A stretch of 64,000 nucleotides of DNA from Saprospiraceae bacterium. GTDB taxonomy: Bacteria; Bacteroidota; Bacteroidia; Chitinophagales; Saprospiraceae. Both the position numbers and the translations under genes were made by a program. The DNA is taken from the NCBI GenBank assembly GCA_965223165.1, contig CBDCVQ010000009.1, positions 119,544-183,543 on the forward strand, given 5' to 3'. Below the pieces are notes generated by a model. It was not told where the DNA came from and ran no database searches. It worked only from the letters and a program-made list of their open reading frames with translations. This document shows, one piece after another, positions 46,047-54,730 of this stretch. Every line of letters begins with the position of its first letter. Position 1 is the first letter of the stretch.

Positions 46047-48655
46047 GTACCAACCCCCGATATCCCGATGCCCCCAAATGGGCTGTGCGTTTCTTCCGCT
46101 GGTTTTGCCGGCCAGACATTGTCGAGGACATCGAGGGGGATCTGAGAGAAAGGTACCATGCAGTGCAGTTGCAGCAAGGACCTGCGAAAGCCACGCGGTT
46201 CCTATGGTGGCAGGTACTCTTATTATTTCGTCCGGGCATTATTCGTCCCATGGGACAACACCTTCAATTAATAAACACGATGATGATTTCTCACAATTTG
46301 CGACTAAGTTGGCGGCTACTCAACAAGAATAAAGGCTTTGCCCTGATTAATATCGGTGGCCTGGCGACCGGTATGGCCATCGCCATGTTTATTGCCATCT
46401 GGATCACCGACGAATTAAAGTATGACCGCTTTCACGAGAACGGCGATCTCCTCTTCAAGGTGATGCGGCATGTCTATTCCGGCAATGAGATCCATACCAG
46501 TGACCGGGTAACCTACAACATTGCCGCCCGGCTCAAGGAGGATTATGCCGAGGTAGCAAATGTGGCAGTGCTCTCTCGTCCGATCGAGCTCATTGCGATC
46601 CAGGATGACTTTTCGTTGAGGATGCAAGGGTATTTTGGTACGCCATCATTTGCCGACATGTTCTCCTGGCGCATCATAGCCGGCGATGGCAAGTCTCTGC
46701 TGGATGATCCAAGCTCCATGGTCATTTCTGCCTCACTCGCAAAGAAGTATTTTGGGGCTGATCGCTATGCCTCCCAGGATATCGTGGGGCGTACCCTCAG
46801 ACATAATCTCGACGGCCTTGCCGAGTTTACCATCGCAGGTATATTTGAAGATCTGCCCGCCCAAAGCAGTCTCCAATTTGATTATCTGCTTCCGTTGGAG
46901 ATCTATAAAAGCCGCAACCGCTGGCTTACCGACTGGAACAATAGCGGTCCGCACATATTCGCCCAGATGCACGATGGTGCCGACTGGCAACACGTGAGCG
47001 AAGACATGGTAAACATGCAAAACGAACATATCGAAGGATTTCGCAGTGACCTCTTTCTACATCCTTATCCAGATCAGCATCTATATGGGTCCTTTAAGAG
47101 TGGCGTTTTGCAGGGCGGCCGCATCCAATACGTCAGGATCTTTGGCCTGATCGGACTAATGATCATTCTCATCGCCTGCATCAATTTTATGAATTTGGCC
47201 ACGGCTCGGTCGATATGGCGTATTAAAGAAATTGGGGTACGTAAAACCGTGGGGGCCGGAAAGCGCTCATTAATTGTCCAGTTTATGAGCGAATCGGTCT
47301 TGCTTATTGCCATTTCCTATCTGCTTGCTCTTTCACTGGTCTTACTAGGACTGCCCTTCTTTAACGGCCTGACCGGCAAAATGCTCAGTTTGGCAGACAT
47401 TAATCCCCCGACCTTTGTCCTCTTTGGACTCATAGGTATCACGACGGCAGTGTTGGCCGCGACGTATCCATCCTTCTATTTGTCCTCCCTTTCGGTGATT
47501 CGCATGTTCAATAAATCAGCAGGCTCTGCGGGAAACAAGAACTCATTTAGGAGAGGTCTCGTCGTATTTCAGTTTGCCATGTCCTTTTTGTTGATTGTAG
47601 GCACATTGGTTGTCTACCGGCAAATGTCCTTTATCCATCAGAAAAATCTAGGCCTGGATCGAGCACATGTCGTGACCATGCCTCGAGAGGCTGCCTGGCG
47701 GGATCAGTACGAGGCCATGAAATCACAGCTTCAACAGCATCCATCGATTACTCAGGTCTCTTGTGCCAGTGAGACGCCGCTGGACATTGGATCAAATACC
47801 CACTCCGTACAGTGGAGCGGCAAGGATCCCCAAGCAGAAATCTCCATTAAAATTCTATCGGTGGGTTATGACTTTGTCGAAACACTTAGGATGCAATTGG
47901 CCGCCGGTCGATCCTTTGATCCGGCCCTTGACAATGAATCGGATCGGTATTTAATCAACGAAGAGGCAGCCGCCGTGATGGGGTTTGACGATCCGCTGGG
48001 ACAGCATCTAAAATTCTGGGGCGGGGAGGGACCCATTGTGGGCGTGGTCCGGGATTTTCACATGAGCTCATTCTATAGAGATATTGAACCCACCATTTTG
48101 CGCCTAAGACCTCGCAATGCCTCGGACATCTTTATTCGTGTAGCGGGCGAGCAAACCGAGGAGGCTTTGGCTGCCTTGGAGCAAGTACATACTCGATTTA
48201 ATCCCAATATCCCTTTCAGCTATGAATTCTTAGACGATCAATTTGCAAAGAAGTATGAGAGTGAGCAAGCCATCGGTCTGCTGTCATTTTGGTTTACGAC
48301 TTTTGCTCTCCTCATTGCGGCGATGGGTCTGCTTGGCCTGGCCATCTTCGCCGGGCATCAGAGACTCAAGGAAGTCAGTGTCCGTAAAATCCTGGGTGCC
48401 ACCACGTGGCAGGTCACGTACCTTTTGTCACGAGATTTTTTGCTCCTGATTTTTGTCGCCCTGTTGATCGCCTCCCCCATTGCCTATGTTTTTACGGAAA
48501 ACTGGCTGGGCAATTTCTCCTATCGGATTAATCTGGGAATGGATTTATTCGTACTCGCAGGTCTGGCAACGATGCTCATTTCTCTGACGATCGTAGGCCT
48601 ATATGCCCTTCGGATTGCATTCGTCAACCCTATTCAAGCACTGCGATCAGAATGA
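46043..48655 (+). CDS. Duplicated FtsX/MacB-type ABC permease with an N-terminal prefix domain (paralog 5)
   Basis: 870 aa. The prefix is PKWAVRFFRWFCRPDIVEDIEGDLRERY...LLFRPGIIR. Motifs are INFMNLATARSIWRIKEIGVRKTVGA and HQRLKEVSVRKILGAT; the C-terminus is NPIQALRSE. ATGA overlaps occur at both ends. Confidence 0.9.
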   Translation: MSTNPRYPDAPKWAVRFFRWFCRPDIVEDIEGDLRERYHAVQLQQGPAKATRFLWWQVLLLFRPGIIRPMGQHLQLINTMMISHNLRLSWRLLNKNKGFALINIGGLATGMAIAMFIAIWITDELKYDRFHENGDLLFKVMRHVYSGNEIHTSDRVTYNIAARLKEDYAEVANVAVLSRPIELIAIQDDFSLRMQGYFGTPSFADMFSWRIIAGDGKSLLDDPSSMVISASLAKKYFGADRYASQDIVGRTLRHNLDGLAEFTIAGIFEDLPAQSSLQFDYLLPLEIYKSRNRWLTDWNNSGPHIFAQMHDGADWQHVSEDMVNMQNEHIEGFRSDLFLHPYPDQHLYGSFKSGVLQGGRIQYVRIFGLIGLMIILIACINFMNLATARSIWRIKEIGVRKTVGAGKRSLIVQFMSESVLLIAISYLLALSLVLLGLPFFNGLTGKMLSLADINPPTFVLFGLIGITTAVLAATYPSFYLSSLSVIRMFNKSAGSAGNKNSFRRGLVVFQFAMSFLLIVGTLVVYRQMSFIHQKNLGLDRAHVVTMPREAAWRDQYEAMKSQLQQHPSITQVSCASETPLDIGSNTHSVQWSGKDPQAEISIKILSVGYDFVETLRMQLAAGRSFDPALDNESDRYLINEEAAAVMGFDDPLGQHLKFWGGEGPIVGVVRDFHMSSFYRDIEPTILRLRPRNASDIFIRVAGEQTEEALAALEQVHTRFNPNIPFSYEFLDDQFAKKYESEQAIGLLSFWFTTFALLIAAMGLLGLAIFAGHQRLKEVSVRKILGATTWQVTYLLSRDFLLLIFVALLIASPIAYVFTENWLGNFSYRINLGMDLFVLAGLATMLISLTIVGLYALRIAFVNPIQALRSE

Positions 48656-51279
48656 GTGAGAGAAATCCAACAGGCGAATTCAAAGATCCTCCCCAGGGGC
48701 CACTCCGCTTCTTTCGCTGGTTTTGTCGAAGGGACATTCAGGAAGATATCGAGGGTGATCTACGTGAGCGTTACCAGGAGAAAGTGGCGCAGCGAGGTGC
48801 GACCCGTGCGGGACGTTTCCTTTGGTACCAGGTAATTTTACTTTTTCGTCCGGGCATCATCAGGCGCTTTGGTGAAGGAAGCAACTTTGTGATGATCGCT
48901 CAAAATTTCAAAGTCAGCTGGCGTGCCTTGAAGCGAAGAAAGATCCATGCACTAATCAACATAGGTGGCCTTGCACTAGGCCTCACTGCCTGCCTCATGA
49001 TTGCCCTTTGGCTGTATGACGAACTCTCCTTTGACTCGCTTGTCCCAGATCGAGACCGCATCGCTTATGTCATGCGTCACCAGCAGTTTGGCGATGAGGT
49101 CAGAACCTGGTACGGACAACCTATGCAGCTGGCACCGGTACTACGCGAACAATACGGGCAAGATTTCGAACGGGTAGTGACCGCTACCTCGTCGACGACG
49201 CGGCTGCTCAGCTGGGAAAATCAGAAGCTGAGACGGTCCGGACGATTTGTCGAACCCGGCTTTCTGGATCTGTTTGCCATCCGTCTGCTGCGCGGCTCGG
49301 CTGATGAGCTGCATGATCCTTCGGCCATCTACTTATCTAGCCTGACGGCGACGGAGATGTTTGGCGACCAAGATCCCATAGGCCAGACACTCCGGATCGA
49401 CAATCGCATGGACGTCCAAGTGGCGGGCCTATTCGCGGATCTGCCGGACAACAGCACCTTTGCCGGGCTGGACTTTGTCGCGTCATTCGAGCTGCTAAAG
49501 CAAGCGGACAACCTCGAGCAGCGGGTGGGATGGGGCAATAACTGGTTTAATCTATTTGTTTTGCTTCCCAGAGGCAGTGATATTGATATGGCTGCCGCCA
49601 AAATCAAGTATCTCACGCGTGACTATGTCCCGCCTGAAATCCGTGACCGCAATCAGCCGGAGTTATTCTTGCACCCAATGAAAAAGTGGCACCTCCATAG
49701 TCGCTTCGCAAATGGTGTCAACACAGGAGGTCGGATCGAATATGTCTGGATTCTCGGGATTATCGGACTATTTATCCTCGCGATTGCCTGTATCAACTTT
49801 GTCAACCTGAGCACAGCTCGGTCAAGCCAGCGAGCCCTTGAGGTCGGCATCCGGAAGACCATTGGGTCCAATCGATCCCAGCTCATCACTCAGTTTATGA
49901 GTGAGTCCTACATCGTCGTAGCATCGGCCTATGTCATTGCCCTAGGACTTGCCAGATCGAGCCTCCCCCTCTTTAATCTGGTGACGGATAAGCAAATGTC
50001 GTTGCCGTGGGCAGATGGCTATTTTTGGTTGGCATCTCTCGGTGGTGTCTGCCTGATCGCTAGTCTGGCAGGTATTTATCCCTCCTTCTATTTATCTTCC
50101 TTTCGGCCCATCAGCGCATTGCGAGGAGCTAGGCAGCATACTGGCCAGACCTTCACGTTGCGTCGCGTTCTCGTCACCTTTCAGTTTGTGATTTCGGTCG
50201 CACTCATCATTGGCACCTTGGTCATCCTTCGTCAAATACAATATGCCAAGAACCGTCCCATCGGCTATAAGCAGGACCACATTATCTCTGTGCCCATCCG
50301 CACCTCTGAGGTGGTAGATCACTACGAAACGATCCGTCAGGAACTGCTAGCCACGGGAGCCGTCACCCATGTGACTGCATCCGACGTGGTGGTTGCCGCG
50401 ACGAATACCACCAATAGTGGATTTGATTGGCAGGGCAAAGATCCGCAGATGCGGGATGAGTTTTATACGTTGCGAGCCACGCACGGCTTTGGCGAAATGA
50501 TCGAATGGGAGATCAAGGAGGGTCGAGATTTTTCTCGCGAATACGGGACCGATTCGCTTGCATTTATTCTCAATGAGACCGCCGTTGAATACATGGGGTT
50601 TGATGACCCCATTGGCCAGCAGGTGCGTTGGGGCAGAAACGGCATATTTCATGTCGTGGGAGTAGTCAAGGACATGATCACCCGATCTCCCTACCACCAG
50701 ATTAAACCGATGATCTACACATTGCACTACGGCCGATTTATCCGCTATCTAAATCTAAAACTGCACCCCGAAAACAGTGCTGCAGATGCCCTCGACAAGA
50801 TCAAATCGGTCATGGCACAGCATGATCCCGCCAATCCTTTCGAATATCAATTTATGGATGAACGGTATGCAAAAAGATTTGGCAATGAAGAGAAGGTGGC
50901 CAAGCTGGCCGGATACTTTGCTATCCTGTCGATCCTCATCTCCTGTGTGGGACTGCTGGGCATTGCCATCCTCGTGACCGAGCAGCGACAAAAGGAAATC
51001 AGTGTGCGAAAAGTACTGGGCGCCTCCGTCCAAAATCTCTGGGTCTTGCTATCTAAAGAATTTGTCCTGCTCGTGCTGTTGGCTACCTGCTTAGCGGTCT
51101 TGCCCACGCACTATTTGATGGGCAAGTGGTTGGATCAATTTGGGCTCCGCATTGGCCTCCCCTGGTGGATATTTGCATTGTCTGGCATGGCTGCCCTTTT
51201 CCTAACCGCGCTGACCGTAAGCATTCAAACGATCAGAGCCGCTTGGGTCAATCCGTCCCAAGCCCTGCGGAGTGAGTAG
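48652..51279 (+). CDS. Duplicated FtsX/MacB-type ABC permease with an N-terminal prefix domain (paralog 6)
   Basis: 875 aa. The prefix is PQGPLRFFRWFCRRDIQEDIEGDLRERY...LLFRPGIIR. Motifs are INFVNLSTARSSQRALEVGIRKTIGS and QRQKEISVRKVLGAS; the C-terminus is NPSQALRSE. Confidence 0.9.
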   Translation: MSERNPTGEFKDPPQGPLRFFRWFCRRDIQEDIEGDLRERYQEKVAQRGATRAGRFLWYQVILLFRPGIIRRFGEGSNFVMIAQNFKVSWRALKRRKIHALINIGGLALGLTACLMIALWLYDELSFDSLVPDRDRIAYVMRHQQFGDEVRTWYGQPMQLAPVLREQYGQDFERVVTATSSTTRLLSWENQKLRRSGRFVEPGFLDLFAIRLLRGSADELHDPSAIYLSSLTATEMFGDQDPIGQTLRIDNRMDVQVAGLFADLPDNSTFAGLDFVASFELLKQADNLEQRVGWGNNWFNLFVLLPRGSDIDMAAAKIKYLTRDYVPPEIRDRNQPELFLHPMKKWHLHSRFANGVNTGGRIEYVWILGIIGLFILAIACINFVNLSTARSSQRALEVGIRKTIGSNRSQLITQFMSESYIVVASAYVIALGLARSSLPLFNLVTDKQMSLPWADGYFWLASLGGVCLIASLAGIYPSFYLSSFRPISALRGARQHTGQTFTLRRVLVTFQFVISVALIIGTLVILRQIQYAKNRPIGYKQDHIISVPIRTSEVVDHYETIRQELLATGAVTHVTASDVVVAATNTTNSGFDWQGKDPQMRDEFYTLRATHGFGEMIEWEIKEGRDFSREYGTDSLAFILNETAVEYMGFDDPIGQQVRWGRNGIFHVVGVVKDMITRSPYHQIKPMIYTLHYGRFIRYLNLKLHPENSAADALDKIKSVMAQHDPANPFEYQFMDERYAKRFGNEEKVAKLAGYFAILSILISCVGLLGIAILVTEQRQKEISVRKVLGASVQNLWVLLSKEFVLLVLLATCLAVLPTHYLMGKWLDQFGLRIGLPWWIFALSGMAALFLTALTVSIQTIRAAWVNPSQALRSE

Positions 51280-51446
51280 TCGCCCTAGGACAGGTTAAGC
51301 AGTGCTCGTCTGCCTCCGAATGCGGTCGATCGACGTTGCGATCCCTGACTGTATCGAAGGCCAGGGACCCTCCACTCGAAGATCGAAAGCTGTCGCTCGT
51401 AGCGTTCCTGGGCAGATCAGTCGAAATGTGTCTGCTTCGTTAGCAG

Positions 51447-51462
51447 TGTCCGATATCGTACA
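51447..51462. promoter_or_regulatory. Near-palindrome TGTCCGATATCGTACA (15/16 match to 31615-31630), second candidate enhancer site
   Basis: Read directly. A CGTACA half-site follows at 51478-51483. Its centre lies about 95 nt upstream of the TGGCA at 51549-51553, the same spacing as at the first site. Confidence 0.55.
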
Positions 51463-51538
51463 GTTTCTGACCGCTGGCGTACAATCTTGGGGGCGCTTGA
51501 ACCGGTCTTTCATTCTCTATCTATCTGGTTATCAATCA

Positions 51539-51564
51539 CATAGAGTTTTGGCATATATTTCTAT
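51539..51564 (+). promoter_or_regulatory. Second copy of the conserved promoter box CATAGAGTTTTGGCATATATTTCTAT
   Basis: 25 of 26 nt are identical to 31705-31730, while the roughly 80 nt between palindrome and box are not conserved. It is 104 nt upstream of the paralog-7 ATG at 51668. Confidence 0.5.
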
Positions 51565-51667
51565 AGCTTATATAAAGGAGCGCCCTCGGCTTGCATGGAA
51601 TCAGTTGACAATCAAGGAGTAAGCAATGCCAGGGGAGCTCAGATCAAACTAGACGAATTAGCACCTT

Positions 51668-54115
51668 ATGTTTCGAAATAATCTGAAGATCGCATGGCGA
51701 AACGTCCTTCGCCACAAACTGTACAGCTTGCTCAACGTGCTTGGGCTGGGATTTGGCATCGCCTGCTTTCTCTTCATAGCACTATATGTCATCGATGAGT
51801 TAACCTTCGACCGATTTCACCAAAAGTCGGATCGGATATATCGACTCGTCCAACATCGTGAATCGCCCGAGGAGGGTGTCCAAAAATTTGGAGCCGTTTC
51901 TTACAATGCCGGCGTAGCTGCGCGCGAGGAGATCGCCGGCGTGGAAAGCAGTACCCATCTCTTCATGTTTGGTCGGGCCGTCCTGCGCAATCCGGCCAAC
52001 CAAAATGCCTTCTATCAGCCATTCTTAACGGCTGAGCCCACTTTTTTTGATCTCTTTGATTTTGCGTTCATCTCAGGAGATCCATCTACGGCTCTGGCAG
52101 AACCAAACACGGTCGTGTTGGAGCAAGACCTGGCTCAAAGACTCTTTGGCGACCTTGACCCCATGGGACAAATACTACGTAGCGATCGGGGCATGGATCT
52201 GGAGGTTACCGGTGTGCTGAAAGACCTACCTTCCAATTCGCATATTCAATTTGAATCCTTGATCTCACAGGCTACCCTCGAAGCGGTACCCTTTTGGGAG
52301 AGGAATATGCCCGGCGATTGGTCCAGCCAGAACTTTGGCACCTACCTGGCACTGCACCCCGACCAGGAGCCTGCAACGATCGGTGCGCAATTGACGGATT
52401 TTGCCCGGGCCCGAGCAAGGGAAGAACGGCCTTTTACGGGCCATTTGGAATTGCAACCCCTCACCGACATTCACTTTGGATCCGAGGGATACCAGCGCGA
52501 ATTAAACGAGCAGAAGAGCACCTATACTTATCTCTACATATTTAGTTTGATCGGACTTTTTATTGTACTCATTGCTTGTGTCAACTATGTAAACCTGGCC
52601 ACCGCACGTTCGTCCAAGTACAGCCGAGAGGTCGGCGTAAGAAAGGTGGTAGGTGCCGGTCGCCGACAGTTGTTCGCTCGCTTCCTTTCTGAAAGTGTAG
52701 TGTTGACGCTGTTGGCTTTCTTCCTGGCCGTGGCCTTGACCCAGGCAGGCTTACCTCTGTTTAATGAATTTACCGGCAAAGCACTCACTCTCAATTTATT
52801 TGCCTCTGGCTGGACCATCCCCACCATGGCTGCGATCATTTTCCTGGTCAGCCTATTGGCCGGTAGTTATCCCTCGATCTATCTCTCTCGATTTCGGCCA
52901 TCCGTGGTACTCAAGGGCGTACAAAACACGGAAAAGGGTAAGCATGGTCTGTTGAGGCGAGGACTGGTCGTACTTCAGTTTTCGATCTCCATTCTGATGA
53001 TCATCGGCACATTGGTCGCGTGGCGTCAGGTAAGTTTCGTGATGCATCGTGATCTGGGTTTTGCCCAAGACCAGCGTATCGTAGTAGATATAAATAGTGG
53101 TCGGGTGCGGCAGGGATTTGAAACCATCAAGCATGGCTATGAGCAATTGCCGGACGTAAGATCGGTTTCTGTGAGCAGCCGCGTCCCCGGCGAATGGAAG
53201 ACTCTACTGCAGGCGGAGATCCGACCGGAAGGCAAGTTTGCCGAAACGGGGCCTACCCCTTGGTTTATTGGTGCGGACGAGGATTTTCTCGAGACCTTTG
53301 AAATCGATCTGATCAGCGGGCGAAATTTTGATCCGCAGCGTCCCATGGATTCCGCATCAATCATTCTCAATCAGCAAGCGGCAGCGGTCTTAGGCATCGA
53401 TGCTGCCGCGGGACAGTCCGTGCAAGTGGTCAGCCGAATTGCCAATGGTTCAGAGCGGATGTTTGACGAACCATTTCGGGCGCAAGTCATTGGCATCATG
53501 GAGGACTTCAATTTTCAGTCGTTATACGAGCCCGTTACTCCACTGGTGCTGGCATACCGCAGTAATCCGGTGCAAGCCATCGATTATTTTACCGCCCATG
53601 TATCCGGTCAAAACACCGAAAGGACGATCCAGCAGATGACCGAGATCCTGCACTCCGTCGATCCTGAACAATTATTCGAATATCACTTTTTGGACGAGCA
53701 GATCGATCAATTTTACGAGGCAGACGTCCAGCGCTCACAGCTCTTTTCTACCGCAGCCCTCTGTGCCATCTTTATTGCGTGCCTGGGGCTCTTTGGTCTC
53801 GCCGCATTTATGGCCGAGCAACGCACCAAGGAAATTGGCATACGGAAAGTGCTGGGATCGAGTACCGTTGGCATCGTCCAACTGCTGTCGAAGGATTTTA
53901 TCAAACTGGTACTGATTGCGCTGTTGGTGGCCTCTCCCCTTGCCTATCACTTCATGGAGCAATGGCTGCAGGGGTTTGCCTACCGCATTAGCATCGCCTG
54001 GTGGATGTTTGCGGTAGCCGGTGCCTTTGCCGCTACCATCGCTTTGGTGACGGTAGGATATCATAGTATTAGAGCCGCTACGTCCAACCCGGCAGAAGCA
54101 TTGCGGAGTGAATAG
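51668..54115 (+). CDS. Duplicated FtsX/MacB-type ABC permease (paralog 7)
   Basis: 815 aa with N-terminus MFRNNLKIAWRNV. Motifs are VNYVNLATARSSKYSREVGVRKVVGA and QRTKEIGIRKVLGSS; the C-terminus is NPAEALRSE. Confidence 0.9.
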   Translation: MFRNNLKIAWRNVLRHKLYSLLNVLGLGFGIACFLFIALYVIDELTFDRFHQKSDRIYRLVQHRESPEEGVQKFGAVSYNAGVAAREEIAGVESSTHLFMFGRAVLRNPANQNAFYQPFLTAEPTFFDLFDFAFISGDPSTALAEPNTVVLEQDLAQRLFGDLDPMGQILRSDRGMDLEVTGVLKDLPSNSHIQFESLISQATLEAVPFWERNMPGDWSSQNFGTYLALHPDQEPATIGAQLTDFARARAREERPFTGHLELQPLTDIHFGSEGYQRELNEQKSTYTYLYIFSLIGLFIVLIACVNYVNLATARSSKYSREVGVRKVVGAGRRQLFARFLSESVVLTLLAFFLAVALTQAGLPLFNEFTGKALTLNLFASGWTIPTMAAIIFLVSLLAGSYPSIYLSRFRPSVVLKGVQNTEKGKHGLLRRGLVVLQFSISILMIIGTLVAWRQVSFVMHRDLGFAQDQRIVVDINSGRVRQGFETIKHGYEQLPDVRSVSVSSRVPGEWKTLLQAEIRPEGKFAETGPTPWFIGADEDFLETFEIDLISGRNFDPQRPMDSASIILNQQAAAVLGIDAAAGQSVQVVSRIANGSERMFDEPFRAQVIGIMEDFNFQSLYEPVTPLVLAYRSNPVQAIDYFTAHVSGQNTERTIQQMTEILHSVDPEQLFEYHFLDEQIDQFYEADVQRSQLFSTAALCAIFIACLGLFGLAAFMAEQRTKEIGIRKVLGSSTVGIVQLLSKDFIKLVLIALLVASPLAYHFMEQWLQGFAYRISIAWWMFAVAGAFAATIALVTVGYHSIRAATSNPAEALRSE

Positions 54116-54307
54116 CAATTTCAATGGCAATAGCAATTTCAATGGCAATTTCAATGGCAATGGCAATTTCAATTTCAATGGCAATGGCAATGGCAATTTC
54201 AATGGCAATAGCAATTTCAATGGCAATGGCAATTTCAATGGCAATAGCAATTTCAATGGCAATAGCAATTTCAATGGCAATTTCAATGGCAATGGCAATG
54301 GCAATTA
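54116..54307 (+). repeat. Hexanucleotide tandem array (CAATTT/CAATGG/CAATAG), 32 units, starting at the base after the stop codon
   Basis: Parsed unit by unit. The stop TAG is at 54113-54115 and the first CAATTT is at 54116. A recurring 18-bp super-unit is CAATTT-CAATGG-CAAT(G/A)G. Confidence 0.95.
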
Positions 54308-54356
54308 GCAGTGAACAATTAGCAATTAGCAATGAACAATTAACAATGAGCAATGA
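54308..54356 (+). repeat. Heptanucleotide tandem array (RCAATKA), 7 units
   Basis: GCAGTGA ACAATTA GCAATTA GCAATGA ACAATTA ACAATGA GCAATGA, read directly and contiguous with the hexamer array. Confidence 0.85.
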
Positions 54357-54430
54357 GCAGTTTATTAGGATCGTAGAGCACGGACGCTTTGCGGGAGTGA
54401 TCTGCGAGCCGCAACCAGGGATACAACTAG

Positions 54431-54528
54431 CAGTGAACAATTAGGCAATGGCATTTCAATATCAATAGCAATGTCAATGACAATGTCATACAGTGCACAA
54501 ATCAACAATTCAACATCTACACAATTCC
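54431..54528 (+). repeat. Degenerate CAAT-core repeat tract
   Basis: CAGTGAACAATTAGGCAATGGCATTTCAATATCAATAGCAATGTCAATGACAATGTCA...CAACAATTCAACATCTACACAATTCC. It mixes decayed 6-8-bp CAAT units between the heptamer and octamer arrays. Confidence 0.7.
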
Positions 54529-54728
54529 ACCATAAAACCATAAAACCATAAAACCATAAAACCATAAGACCATAAGACCATAAGACCATAAGACCATAAG
54601 ACCATAAAACCATAAAACCATAAAACCATAAGACCATAAGACCATAAGACCATAAAACCATAAAACCATAAAACCATAAAACCATAAGACCATAAAACCA
54701 TAAAACCATAAAACCATAAGACCATAAA
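54529..54728 (+). repeat. Octanucleotide tandem array (ACCATAAR), 25 units, ending 2 nt before the ATG of paralog 8
   Basis: Parsed unit by unit. With A = ACCATAAA and G = ACCATAAG the order is AAAA GGGGG AAA GGG AAAA G AAA G A. It is exactly 200 bp, followed by AT then ATG (54731). Confidence 0.95.
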
Positions 54729-54730
54729 AT

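Noticed and set aside
51302-51622. 106-aa ORF in the spacer upstream of paralog 7
   Set aside because: It spans the conserved palindrome and promoter box, has no recognisable domain, and has an odd Arg/Ser-rich composition. It is most likely non-coding regulatory DNA.
54116-54307. Repeated TGGCA within the hexamer arrays as multiple sigma-54 -24 elements or decoys
   Set aside because: TGGCA arises automatically from CAATGG-CAAT junctions. No properly spaced GC (-12) element follows any copy. The idea is speculative and has no support in the sequence.
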